This document shows positions 48,059-57,048 of a stretch of DNA of 64,000 nucleotides, piece by piece. The DNA is taken from the NCBI GenBank assembly GCA_963781885.1, contig CAWAHW010000005.1:160001-224000 (forward strand), read 5' to 3'. Position numbers and translations under genes: made by a program. How positions within the stretch are numbered: the stretch's first letter is position 1; each line of letters starts with the position of its first letter. The notes beneath the pieces are model-generated. The model was not told the origin of the DNA and did no database searches. It worked only from the letters and a program-made list of their open reading frames with translations. Origin of the DNA: an uncultured Spirochaetota bacterium. Lineage in GTDB: Bacteria; Spirochaetota; Spirochaetia; SZUA-6; Fen-1364.

Positions 48059-48985
48059 TCACGCTTTTACGCGGATGAGCTGCAGCGGATCGGTGGTCCC
48101 CTTCTTTGTCAGCACCTCGAAATGAAGGTGGGGGCCAGTCGCGCGCCCCGTGTGCCCGACGGCGCCGATCAAGGCGCCGGTACTCACCGCCTGATGAATA
48201 GTAGCACTTATGACCGACAAGTGTCCATAGACAGTTTGGTAGCCTCCGGGGTGCGTGATGACGATGAAGTTGCCCAGAACGTCGTTCCTTCCCACTTCTT
48301 CGACGACACCTTCCCGCGCCGCGTAGACCGGTGTGCCTTCCGCGGCCCCTATGTCGACGCCGGTATGGAACTCCGGGCTGCCGGTGAAGGGATCGCTCCG
48401 CCAGCCGTACATCGAGGTGATATGTCCGTGGTCGATAGGCGTGCGGTAGAGGATGAGCAGAAAAAAGGCCCTTTCGACACTCGAAAATGATTCAGCGGGG
48501 AAAAAATAGACCTGTTCCTGCCTGCCTCCCCGGGTCACGACAAGCGGGACAGGCTTTTTTCCCGCAGCCAGCCGGGTGGAAAGCACCATGTTCTCGAGGT
48601 CGCCCCGGGGCGGGTTATTGACGAAAAGGCCGTCCTCGCTCGGGATCAGTATCGTCGCAAGGGCATTGAACGCGTCCTTGTTTCCGGCGCCGTTCAGCGA
48701 GGCAAGCGACTCATAGCGGAGCCCGAGCCTCGCGTTCAGCGAGAAAAGGTCCTCGTTCTGCCGCTTCGCGTAGGCGAAAATGCTGAGAGCGGGAAACGTC
48801 GGGGGCTCGGGGCTGTGCGCTTCCGCGAGGCGGCGGAAATCGTCCAGCTCGGCCTGCTGCTGCACGAACAGCGCGTCATCATGGCTGAGGACCCTGAGCT
48901 CAGGGTACGTCGGCGAGGCCCCGACCGCGATGCCAGGGAGGCAGAAGAGCGCGCAGAGGGCCATCAAGGAGGCGACGTACTTCAC
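48059..48985 (-). CDS. M23-family peptidoglycan endopeptidase with LysM-like segment
   Basis: HTGVDIG, YGHL, TGPHLHFE; signal peptide; LASLN-type LysM-like segment. Confidence 0.9.
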   Translation of the reverse strand: MKYVASLMALCALFCLPGIAVGASPTYPELRVLSHDDALFVQQQAELDDFRRLAEAHSPEPPTFPALSIFAYAKRQNEDLFSLNARLGLRYESLASLNGAGNKDAFNALATILIPSEDGLFVNNPPRGDLENMVLSTRLAAGKKPVPLVVTRGGRQEQVYFFPAESFSSVERAFFLLILYRTPIDHGHITSMYGWRSDPFTGSPEFHTGVDIGAAEGTPVYAAREGVVEEVGRNDVLGNFIVITHPGGYQTVYGHLSVISATIHQAVSTGALIGAVGHTGRATGPHLHFEVLTKKGTTDPLQLIRVKA

Positions 48986-49452
48986 TCAATGCCATTTTCG
49001 GCAGGAATGCGTTGTTGCTTTCGCGGATTGAGCGCCCCCCGCGCGCGGCCCAGCAGCCAGAGAACGCCCATCCAGAGGAGCGCGCCGGGCACGGCGAATA
49101 TCCAGATGCCGCGGACAAAGAGCACGAGGAGGCCGTAGATGCCGCCCAGCGCCACAAGCGCGATCAGCACGGCGAGGCCTGCCCTCAGCGCGGACCGCAG
49201 GGGACGGCCGGGATCGCGGCGCGTGCGCCGCGCGCGGAGTATCGATCGGATCACGAGGAAAAAAAGGCCCGCGGCTGCAAGGGCGAGCACAAGCAGCGTA
49301 TAGGTTTCCCGCCGCGAGGTCGCCAGGAGCCAGAGCGGCCAGGCGATGAGGAAACCCAGCGCAGCGCTGCCGGCCAGGAGACCGAGAAAGAAGCCGACCT
49401 TCCGTGCCGCCTCGCCCGCGGCGGCAAGCGATGCGCGAAACCCGCCCTTCAC
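48982..49452 (-). CDS. Hypothetical 4-TM membrane protein
   Basis: Four hydrophobic segments; GTGA overlaps on both sides. Confidence 0.65.
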   Translation of the reverse strand: MKGGFRASLAAAGEAARKVGFFLGLLAGSAALGFLIAWPLWLLATSRRETYTLLVLALAAAGLFFLVIRSILRARRTRRDPGRPLRSALRAGLAVLIALVALGGIYGLLVLFVRGIWIFAVPGALLWMGVLWLLGRARGALNPRKQQRIPAENGIE

Positions 49453-50369
49453 GGCGTGTCCAGCTCCGCGAGGCTCTTGCGGTAGGTGTCTGCATCCGCC
49501 GTGCGGCCCAGAGCGTCCGCCGCGGCAACAAGACCCGTCAGCGCCTTTTTCATGTCGGCCTTGATCCCGAGCGTCGTGAAGACCAGGTACGCCCTCTGGT
49601 AGTAGTCGAAGGCGGCTGCGGTGTCGCCCTTTTTCGTGGAGATCAGGCCCAGCGCGTAGAGATCCCCGGCGATGGCGCGTGAGCTCTCGATCTGCTTGTC
49701 CAGGCTGAGGGCGAGGGTGGCGTTCTTGAGGGCGTCGTCGTAGCGGCCCGCCAGCGAGTGCACGGAGGCGATCATGTAGTAGTCGGAGGCAGCCTGCTCG
49801 GTGAGCTTGCCGGCAAGGTCCAGGTCGAGCGCCTTGCCGTAGTATTCCAGGGCCTTGGCGGGATCGGAGAGATTCTTCGCGGCCGTGCCCAGATCGTGAT
49901 AGAGGATGGCCGTCTGCGCCGGCGTGCGGGAGCCTGCCGGCATGGCGAGGGCTTTCTCAAACGTCGCCCGCGCGCTGTCCGCGTTGCCCTTTGAGAGGTA
50001 CAGCTCCCCGAGATTCAGCGTCGTGACAAAAAGCAGGTCCGGCTTTGCCCCCTCGGCGAGCTCCCGCGCCCGGGTGAGGATGTCCTCCGCCATCGAAAGA
50101 GCGCCCATGGAGATATAGGTCTTTCCCAGCGCATTGTAGACGTCGATCACGCCTTCCGTGTCGTCGATGGAGGTGTATTCCCCGAGGGAGAGGGTGAAGA
50201 ACTGCACCGCAAGCTCGTAACGGCCCTGCCGGTAGTATCCGTCACCCGTCGCCGCATCCTGCGCGGCCTGGTTCTTCGTCGTGCTCACGGTGTCCGATTT
50301 CTTCGGCGGGGTGGAACAGGAGAGCACGATGAGGCAGCAGCCGAGCGCCGCGACCGCCTTCCGCATCAA
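49449..50369 (-). CDS. TPR lipoprotein
   Basis: Lipobox VLSC; multiple TPRs. Confidence 0.85.
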   Translation of the reverse strand: MMRKAVAALGCCLIVLSCSTPPKKSDTVSTTKNQAAQDAATGDGYYRQGRYELAVQFFTLSLGEYTSIDDTEGVIDVYNALGKTYISMGALSMAEDILTRARELAEGAKPDLLFVTTLNLGELYLSKGNADSARATFEKALAMPAGSRTPAQTAILYHDLGTAAKNLSDPAKALEYYGKALDLDLAGKLTEQAASDYYMIASVHSLAGRYDDALKNATLALSLDKQIESSRAIAGDLYALGLISTKKGDTAAAFDYYQRAYLVFTTLGIKADMKKALTGLVAAADALGRTADADTYRKSLAELDTP

Positions 50370-51493
50370 AAGTTCTCGTCCCGGTAGCTTGAAACCGGTG
50401 CAGTCGGCGGAGCCGCCTGCGGCACGCCGCCCTTGAGGAGCGGATTGTTCTTCGCCGCTTCCAGAACGTCCTTGGCGGAGTCGAGGGTGTCGCTGCCCTT
50501 TTCCAGGATGCTGGAGACCTGCGGCCGGGAGCCATTCACGAAATCGACGAAGCTGCGGATCTGCGTGATGATGCCGTTGACGTTCTTCACCGCGGTATCC
50601 ACCTGGGTGTACAGCTCGTTGGAGTCGTTCAGGAACGTGTCCACTGAGCCCTTCGGATCCAGCAACCTCGTGGCAAGACCCTGCGTGTTGGAGAGCTGGC
50701 TCGTCATGGTTTTCAGGTTCTGCGAGATCACGTCGAGATTCGTCGACAGGTCGCCGATGACGCCGCGTGTCTTGACCGAAATATCGTTGAGATTGTCGGA
50801 GATGGCCGACAGCTTGTCCACGAGCGCGTCGATCTTCCCGTTGATGTCGCCCACGGCATTGTTCACCTTTGTCGGCGTCGCGGCGAATCCCGTGATCATT
50901 GTGCCGACGGGCCCACCGGTGCCGGTGAAGGCGACGTTGATGGACGTCGCCACCTTGCGGATCTCCAGGATGGCCGCCCGCGCATCGTCGAGCGCCGGGT
51001 TGAGCTTTGCGATCACCGAGCCGATGACGTCCGCGTCCTTAGGGATCTCCACCTTGCCGTCGACGACGAGCTGACGGCCTTCTGGCGTGTCATAGCTGGG
51101 GATGTAGGAGCCTTCAGCGAGGGGGGGCAAACTGTTGAGACCCGGGTGGAACTTCATCGTTGTGCCGAGGCCGATGGCGCTGGAGGTGAGCTCCAGGATC
51201 GAATCCGGCTTCACGCGGTCGTAGTAGGTGTCCTCGACGTAGAAGCGCACGTCGACATCGTTGTTCTCATTGAGGGTGATGCGAGTGATCCTGCCGATCT
51301 CGAAGCCCTTGAGGCTGATCGGCATTCCCTCCGAGATACCCGCGCCGGAGGAGAACTTGCTCGTGAACCAGTAGTTGCGCGCGAACCAGCGCTGGTTGAT
51401 CCCGATGAAAATCAGGATGGCCGCGGCGCCGAGTATGGCCAGGAGGAGGAAGAAACCTACGATCTGTTCGGAGAATCGGATCTTGAACCTCAT
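50366..51493 (-). CDS. MCE/MlaD-family protein with long helical C-terminus
   Basis: TM anchor, GISEGMPISLKGFEIGRI MCE domain, heptad-rich tail, NPLLKG. Confidence 0.88.
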   Translation of the reverse strand: MRFKIRFSEQIVGFFLLLAILGAAAILIFIGINQRWFARNYWFTSKFSSGAGISEGMPISLKGFEIGRITRITLNENNDVDVRFYVEDTYYDRVKPDSILELTSSAIGLGTTMKFHPGLNSLPPLAEGSYIPSYDTPEGRQLVVDGKVEIPKDADVIGSVIAKLNPALDDARAAILEIRKVATSINVAFTGTGGPVGTMITGFAATPTKVNNAVGDINGKIDALVDKLSAISDNLNDISVKTRGVIGDLSTNLDVISQNLKTMTSQLSNTQGLATRLLDPKGSVDTFLNDSNELYTQVDTAVKNVNGIITQIRSFVDFVNGSRPQVSSILEKGSDTLDSAKDVLEAAKNNPLLKGGVPQAAPPTAPVSSYRDENF

Positions 51494-51546
51494 CCCGGCA
51501 CCGATCCTATCCCGCCCTCTTGCACGCTGTCAATTCGATGCATTCT

Positions 51547-52350
51547 TCACCGCTCCCGTCCCCCGTCCTCTCCGTCGAGGAGCTGCAGGAGGTCCGTGTC
51601 GTAGCTGGCGATCTGGCCGAGGAGCTGCGAAAGGATGGCCCGCACGCGCGCGTTGCGCGATCCCTTGACCTCGTCGAAATCGCCGGCAGCGATCACCTGG
51701 CCCTCGTCCATCACGACGAGCCGGTCGGCAAGCTGTGCCGTGAGCTCGGGGTCGTGCGTGACGGCGATGATCGTGGCCCCGCGCGCTTTCAGCTCGCGGA
51801 TCATGGCGTTGACCTTCCCCGTCATGGCGTGGTCGATGGAAAGGGTGGGCTCGTCGAGGAAGAGGAGGGTGGGGTCCACGATGAGGGCGCGCAGGAAAGA
51901 GGCGATCTTGCGCTCGCCGCCGGAAAGCGCCGCCGGTCGCTCCGCCGCCGATTCCGCCAGACCCGCGTGCTCCAGGGAGTGGGCGACCTTCCTGTCGATC
52001 TCGTGCCGCGCAAGACCGGGGAAATGGATCTGCAGCGGCAGGGCGAGATTCTCATAGAGGGTCTTGTTCTCCCAGAGCGCCCCGTCCTGGAAGACGAAGC
52101 CGTTCGTTCGCCGCATCTCGAGTGCCGCGCGCTCCGACATCTGGAACACGTTCTTTCCCTTGAAGAACACCGCGCCGGCGTCGGCGGGGATGAGCCCCGC
52201 GGCGACCTTCAGGAGCGTGCTCTTGCCGCAGCCCGACGGCCCCATGATGACGGTGCTCTTGCCCGCGGCAAAGCCCGCGTTCACCCCCCGCAGCGCCGCG
52301 TAGCCGCCCAGCGTGAGATGCACGTCGCGCACCGAGATCAGCTCTTCCAT
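51547..52350 (-). CDS. MlaF-like ABC ATPase
   Basis: GPSGCGKST, FVFQDGALW, LSGGE, FLDEPT. Confidence 0.88.
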   Translation of the reverse strand: MEELISVRDVHLTLGGYAALRGVNAGFAAGKSTVIMGPSGCGKSTLLKVAAGLIPADAGAVFFKGKNVFQMSERAALEMRRTNGFVFQDGALWENKTLYENLALPLQIHFPGLARHEIDRKVAHSLEHAGLAESAAERPAALSGGERKIASFLRALIVDPTLLFLDEPTLSIDHAMTGKVNAMIRELKARGATIIAVTHDPELTAQLADRLVVMDEGQVIAAGDFDEVKGSRNARVRAILSQLLGQIASYDTDLLQLLDGEDGGRER

Positions 52351-52369
52351 ACCCGTTCCATCGGCGTGC

Positions 52370-53146
52370 TCAGACATAATAGATGAGTGTGATGATGGCA
52401 TCGGCAATGAAACACAGGACGAAGCCCTGACCGACCGCCTTGATCGCGGCGCGCGGGATCTCTGTCACCGACGCGCTCACCTTGAAACCCTGGAACGTCG
52501 CAACGACCGGTATGATCACCCCGAAGGCAAAGGATTTCACGAGCATGGAGACGATGTCGCGGGCCTGGAGGGCGCGCAGGAGCTCGCGGAAGTATTCCAC
52601 GATGGGAATGGGGTTGATGAGCTGGGCGACGAGGAAGGAGCCGATGAGCCCGAAGAAGTTGAAATAGATCGTGAGCGCCATGACGGAAATCGTGACCCCG
52701 AGCACGCGGGGCACCACGAGATAGGAGATGGGATTGATCCCCACCGAGACGTAGGCCTCGATCTCGTGCGAGACGACCATGTTGCCCAGCTCCGTCGCGA
52801 TCGCCGTCCCCGACCGCGCAATGATGACGAACGCGGTCAGGAGGGGACCCAGCTCCCGGGTGATCACGATGATGAGGATGTTGTACATGAGGGTCGTCTG
52901 TCCGAATCGGGGGAGGATGGAGCCTCCCTCCACGATGATCACCGCGCCGATGGAGAGCGCGATGAGGGCGAGCACGTTGAGCGCTTCCACGCCTGTAAAG
53001 AGAATCTGCAGGATCAGAACCTTGAAGGCGACCTGTTTGCGCCGCATGAAGAGCGCGGTCTCTTTGACGACCTGGTAGAAAAAGCCCAGCGCGTAGGCGT
53101 AATCACGCACCTTGCGGTGTGCCCAGTTGCCGAGCGCTGCGACCAT
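52370..53146 (-). CDS. MlaE-family permease
   Basis: RELGPLLTAFVIIARSGTAIATELGNM, YLVVPR. Confidence 0.92.
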   Translation of the reverse strand: MVAALGNWAHRKVRDYAYALGFFYQVVKETALFMRRKQVAFKVLILQILFTGVEALNVLALIALSIGAVIIVEGGSILPRFGQTTLMYNILIIVITRELGPLLTAFVIIARSGTAIATELGNMVVSHEIEAYVSVGINPISYLVVPRVLGVTISVMALTIYFNFFGLIGSFLVAQLINPIPIVEYFRELLRALQARDIVSMLVKSFAFGVIIPVVATFQGFKVSASVTEIPRAAIKAVGQGFVLCFIADAIITLIYYV

Positions 53147-53153
53147 GCCGGGG

Positions 53154-53182
53154 AGTATAGTTCAGCCGTCGTGCCGTGGCAA
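53154..53182 (-). promoter_or_regulatory. Sigma70 promoter giving a putative leaderless mlaE mRNA
   Basis: TTGCCA-17-TATACT-7nt-ATG. Confidence 0.65.
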
Positions 53183-54004
53183 GAAAAGCCTGTCGAGCAG
53201 CGCGTCGGCAACCTCGCGGCCCGCGGTGCTGAACCCAAGCTGCCGCTGCGGCACGTGCGGGCCATGGAAGTCGGAGCCGCCCGTCACGGCCATGTCCAGC
53301 TCCCGCGCGAGCTTCTCGAAGCGGTGTGTCTCTTTCAGCGTATGGTTGGGGTGCCACGCCTCGATTCCGCCGACCCCCTGGTCCCGGCAGGCGGAGAAAA
53401 AAGTGCGCAGGGCCGGCCCCCGTATGCCCAGCGAGACGGGGTGGGCGATGACTGCCACGCCGCCGGCCGCGCGGATGGCGGCGGTGGCCTCCCGGAGGGG
53501 CAGGCAGGCGCGCGGCTCGTAGTAGGGCATGCCCTTGCCAATGAGCCGCTTGAACGCGGCATCGATGGAATTGACGACCTTCTTCCGGGTGAGAAGCTGC
53601 GCGATATGCGCCCGGCTCACGATGTCGCCGCCGGCCATTGCCGCAAGCTCTTCCATCGTGATGTCCATGCCCGCCGCGCGCATCTTTTCGACCATGCGCT
53701 CGTTCCTTGTCCTTCGCGACTGCTGGACGGCCGCCAGCGCGCCTGCAAGGATTTTCCGATCGCCGTCCAGGCCGACACCGAGAAGGTGAAACTCGCCCGT
53801 CTCCAGCTCTATCTCGATCTCCACGCCGGGGACGAAGCGCAGCCCGCTGCCGTCTGCGCGCGCCCGCGCGCGGTCGAGCCCGTCCAGGGTGTCGTGGTCA
53901 GTCAGGGCGAGCGCGCGCAGACCCCGCTGGATCGCAAGCTCGATCAGCTTTTCCGGCGGGTACGCGCCGTCGGACGCCGTGGAGTGGGTGTGAAGATCTA
54001 TCAT
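53162..54004 (-). CDS. PHP-domain phosphoesterase (TrpH/YciV-like)
   Basis: DLHTHSTASDG, LTDHD, GVE, HLL, AHP, GGSDFHG. Confidence 0.92.
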   Translation of the reverse strand: MIDLHTHSTASDGAYPPEKLIELAIQRGLRALALTDHDTLDGLDRARARADGSGLRFVPGVEIEIELETGEFHLLGVGLDGDRKILAGALAAVQQSRRTRNERMVEKMRAAGMDITMEELAAMAGGDIVSRAHIAQLLTRKKVVNSIDAAFKRLIGKGMPYYEPRACLPLREATAAIRAAGGVAVIAHPVSLGIRGPALRTFFSACRDQGVGGIEAWHPNHTLKETHRFEKLARELDMAVTGGSDFHGPHVPQRQLGFSTAGREVADALLDRLFLPRHDG

Positions 54005-54040
54005 TTGACATGATAATAATTCATTGCGTAAGCTCGATCC

Positions 54041-55337
54041 ATGGACCCGATCTTTCGTGCACCGCGCGGGCTGGGCGGCAGCCTGCGTCCGCCGCCGGAC
54101 AAATCCATCACGCATCGGGCCCTGATGCTCGCCGGCGTGTCCTCGGGTCCGTGCCGCATCACCCATCCTCTGGCAACGGGCGACTGCATCTCCACCCGCG
54201 CGCTGCCTGGAAGCGCTGGGTGCCGCCTTCCGCGAATCGCGGGAGGGCCTGGAAGCGCAGGGCGTTGGTCTGCGGGGGCTGCGGGAGCCGCCGCGCGTTC
54301 TGGACGCCGAGAACTCGGGCACGACGACGCGGCTCCTCAGCGGGCTCCTTGCCGGGCAGCCGCATTTTGCAGTTCTCACCGGGGATGCCTCCCTCCTCAC
54401 GCGTCCCATGGGCAGGGTCGTGGAGCCGCTGCGAAAGATGGGAGCCTCCATCCAGGGCAGGGAAGGGGGCCGGTACGCACCGTTGTGCTTCCTTCCCGGC
54501 ACCGGCGCCCTTGCGCCCCTAGAGTGGAAGCTTCCCGTTCCCAGCGCGCAGGTGAAAAGCTGCCTGCTTTTCGCGGGGCTTCGCGCCACCGGGCCGTCCA
54601 CGATCGGCGGAATGACGGCCTCCCGTGACCACACCGAGCGGATGCTCCGTCACCTGGGTGTTCGCCTGGAGGAGCATGAAGGGACGCTCACGGTCCATCC
54701 GGTGAAAAGCCTGCCGGGTTTCGACGTCGTGGTGCCGGGCGACATCTCATCGGCGGCATTCTTCATCACCGCCGCCCTCATTGGAGGCCGCGAGCTTTCG
54801 ATTGCAGGCTGCGGGATCAACCCGACGCGCGCGGGCTTCCTGGAGGTCGTGCGCCGCATGGGCGCGCTCGTCACGACGCGGCAGGACGGCGAATCCCTCG
54901 GTGAGCCGGTGGGCACGATCGCGGTTTCTCCGGGCGATCTGCGCGGGACGACCGTTACGCCGGCGGAGGTTCCCGACCTGATCGATGAGATACCGCTGCT
55001 TGCCGTTCTGGGGCTTTTTGCGCGCGGCGTGACCGTCGTACACGGCGCGGAAGAGCTTCGCTTCAAGGAGAGCGACCGCCTGCAGATGATCGCCGCGATG
55101 GCGGAAGGCCTTGGCGGCAGGGTGGAGCTGCACGCGGACGGGTTCTCCGTGGAAGGGCCGCAGGCGCTCCACGGCGGAGCAGTCGATCCCCGGGGCGACC
55201 ACCGGATCGCGATGGCAGCGGCCGTTGCGGGCGCCGGGGTGCGCGATGGCGTGAAGGTCACGGGTTTCGACTGTGCGCGGGTCTCCTATCCCAACTTTGT
55301 CCGCGATTTTCTCTCACTCGGGGGGGAGGTCGCGTGA
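54041..55337 (+). CDS. aroA: EPSP synthase (frameshift near 54200)
   Basis: PPDKSITHRA, ENSGTTTRLL, RPMGRV, SAQVKS, RDHTERML, PGDISSAAF, IDEIP, KESDR, DHRIAM. Confidence 0.93.
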
Positions 55338-56377
55338 GCGCGGAGCTTTCCTTTTCCATCGGCGGGTCATCCACGGAGGTCGTGTTCGCCGACTCCCCGC
55401 TCTGCGCCGAGGCGTCACTCACCGTGTTCGACGAGACGACCAGGTCGCTTTTCGGCGCGGGCGTCGCCAATGCGGTAAGCATCCCACCGGGTGAAAAGGA
55501 AAAGGGCTGGCAGAGCGTCCATGCCGTGCTGGAGGAGGCCGCGCGGAAAGGGGTGGGCCGCGACGGGGTGATCGCGGGGGTCGGCGGCGGCGTGGTCTGC
55601 GACGTCACCGCCTTTGCCGCATCGATCTACATGCGGGGCTGCGGCCTCGTGCTCGCGCCGACAACCCTGCTCGCGATGGTGGATGCGTCGCTGGGCGGCA
55701 AGACCGGCATCGACTTCCTCGGCTACAAGAACCTCGTGGGGAGCTTCTATCCGGCGTCGCGCATCATCATCAGCCTTTCCGCCGTGCGGAGCCTTCCCCC
55801 GCGGGAATATCTCTCGGGGCTCGCGGAGGTCATCAAGACGGCCGTGATCGGAGACGGCGAGCTTTTTTCGATGCTGGAGAGCCGCCGTGAGTCTATACTG
55901 GCGCGGGAACCTTCCGTGGTCCGCGAGATGATCCGACGCAGCCTCACCGTCAAGGGAAGGGTCGTGGAGCAGGATCCCCGGGAGAAGGGGATCCGCGCCC
56001 TCATGAACCTGGGACACACGTTCGGCCACGCGCTGGAAAGCGCGACGGGTTTCAGCGCCTGGACGCACGGCGAGGCGGTGGCCTGGGGCATGGGCCGCGC
56101 CCTGGCGGCGGGGATCAATGCCGGCATCACGGACACCGCATTTGCAGAGCGCCTGCGGGCATTGCTTGTCTCCTACGGCTACCGGCTTTCGGCCGGCATG
56201 GGCTACGATCAGCTTGCGGCCGCTTTCGCGCGCGACAAGAAGCGCAAGGACGGCCGGACGCGCCTGGTGATACCGTGCGGCATCGGTGACATCCGTGTCC
56301 GCGAGGCCACGGTGGAGGAATGCGCCGCCGCGCTCGTCGATGAGCGGCCGCGGCTGAAGGAGCGGGGGTCGCCATGA
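55334..56377 (+). CDS. aroB: 3-dehydroquinate synthase
   Basis: GGGVVCD, PTTLLAMVDASLGGKTG, KNLVG, NLGHTFGHALE, HGEAV, DKK. Confidence 0.95.
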   Translation: MSAELSFSIGGSSTEVVFADSPLCAEASLTVFDETTRSLFGAGVANAVSIPPGEKEKGWQSVHAVLEEAARKGVGRDGVIAGVGGGVVCDVTAFAASIYMRGCGLVLAPTTLLAMVDASLGGKTGIDFLGYKNLVGSFYPASRIIISLSAVRSLPPREYLSGLAEVIKTAVIGDGELFSMLESRRESILAREPSVVREMIRRSLTVKGRVVEQDPREKGIRALMNLGHTFGHALESATGFSAWTHGEAVAWGMGRALAAGINAGITDTAFAERLRALLVSYGYRLSAGMGYDQLAAAFARDKKRKDGRTRLVIPCGIGDIRVREATVEECAAALVDERPRLKERGSP

Positions 56378-57009
56378 AGATAGAAAAAAGCACCTTCGAA
56401 AAGTCGGTGCGCTTCTACGACCAGGGAGCCGTGATCTTCCGGGAGAACGACGAAGGCGGGGAGATGTTCATCATCATCCAGGGCGTCGTGGAGATCCGCA
56501 AGTCCACGGGACCCGCGTCGAGCAAGATCCTCACGACGCTCCAGAAAGGCGACATGTTCGGCGAGATGGCCATCATCGAGAAGCAGCCGCGCTCGGCGAG
56601 CGCGGTGGCCATCCAGCCCACGCGCGTGCTCGTGCTCAACGACAAGCTTTACGATTCGATGGTCGGCACCAATCCCGACTTCGCCCGCAAGATGAACCGC
56701 GTGCTCTCGGAGCGCATCCGGCGGGCGGATGCCATCATCCAGAATATCATGACCACGAACCGTCAGAACCAGCTCTGGACGGGGCTCATGCAGTATGCGC
56801 GGGAAAAGGGCGTCGCCACGTTCAAGGGCAACCGCGTGGGGATTGCGGACTTCACCATCTGGGCGGTTCAGCACCTGGGCATGAGCGACAAGGACGTGCA
56901 GGGCATTCTCGCCCAATTCCTGAAGCGCGAAATCATCGCCTTTTCCGCGCGGGGCAAGGATGAGATCATCGTCGAGATCAAGGAAGACATGGTGCTTCCC
57001 GAGGGGTGA
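56374..57009 (+). CDS. Cyclic-nucleotide-binding domain protein (Crp-like)
   Basis: IFREND.G.EMF, GDMFGEMAII..PRSASA; C-terminal wHTH-like region; ATGA overlap with aroB. Confidence 0.85.
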   Translation: MKIEKSTFEKSVRFYDQGAVIFRENDEGGEMFIIIQGVVEIRKSTGPASSKILTTLQKGDMFGEMAIIEKQPRSASAVAIQPTRVLVLNDKLYDSMVGTNPDFARKMNRVLSERIRRADAIIQNIMTTNRQNQLWTGLMQYAREKGVATFKGNRVGIADFTIWAVQHLGMSDKDVQGILAQFLKREIIAFSARGKDEIIVEIKEDMVLPEG

Positions 57010-57048
57010 GCAGCGATTCTCATTGCAATGAATGCCGCGGCGTGAAGG

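Noticed and set aside
53162-54634. 490-aa PHP protein
   Set aside because: The upstream part is antisense to aroA; the PHP motif begins at ATG 54004.
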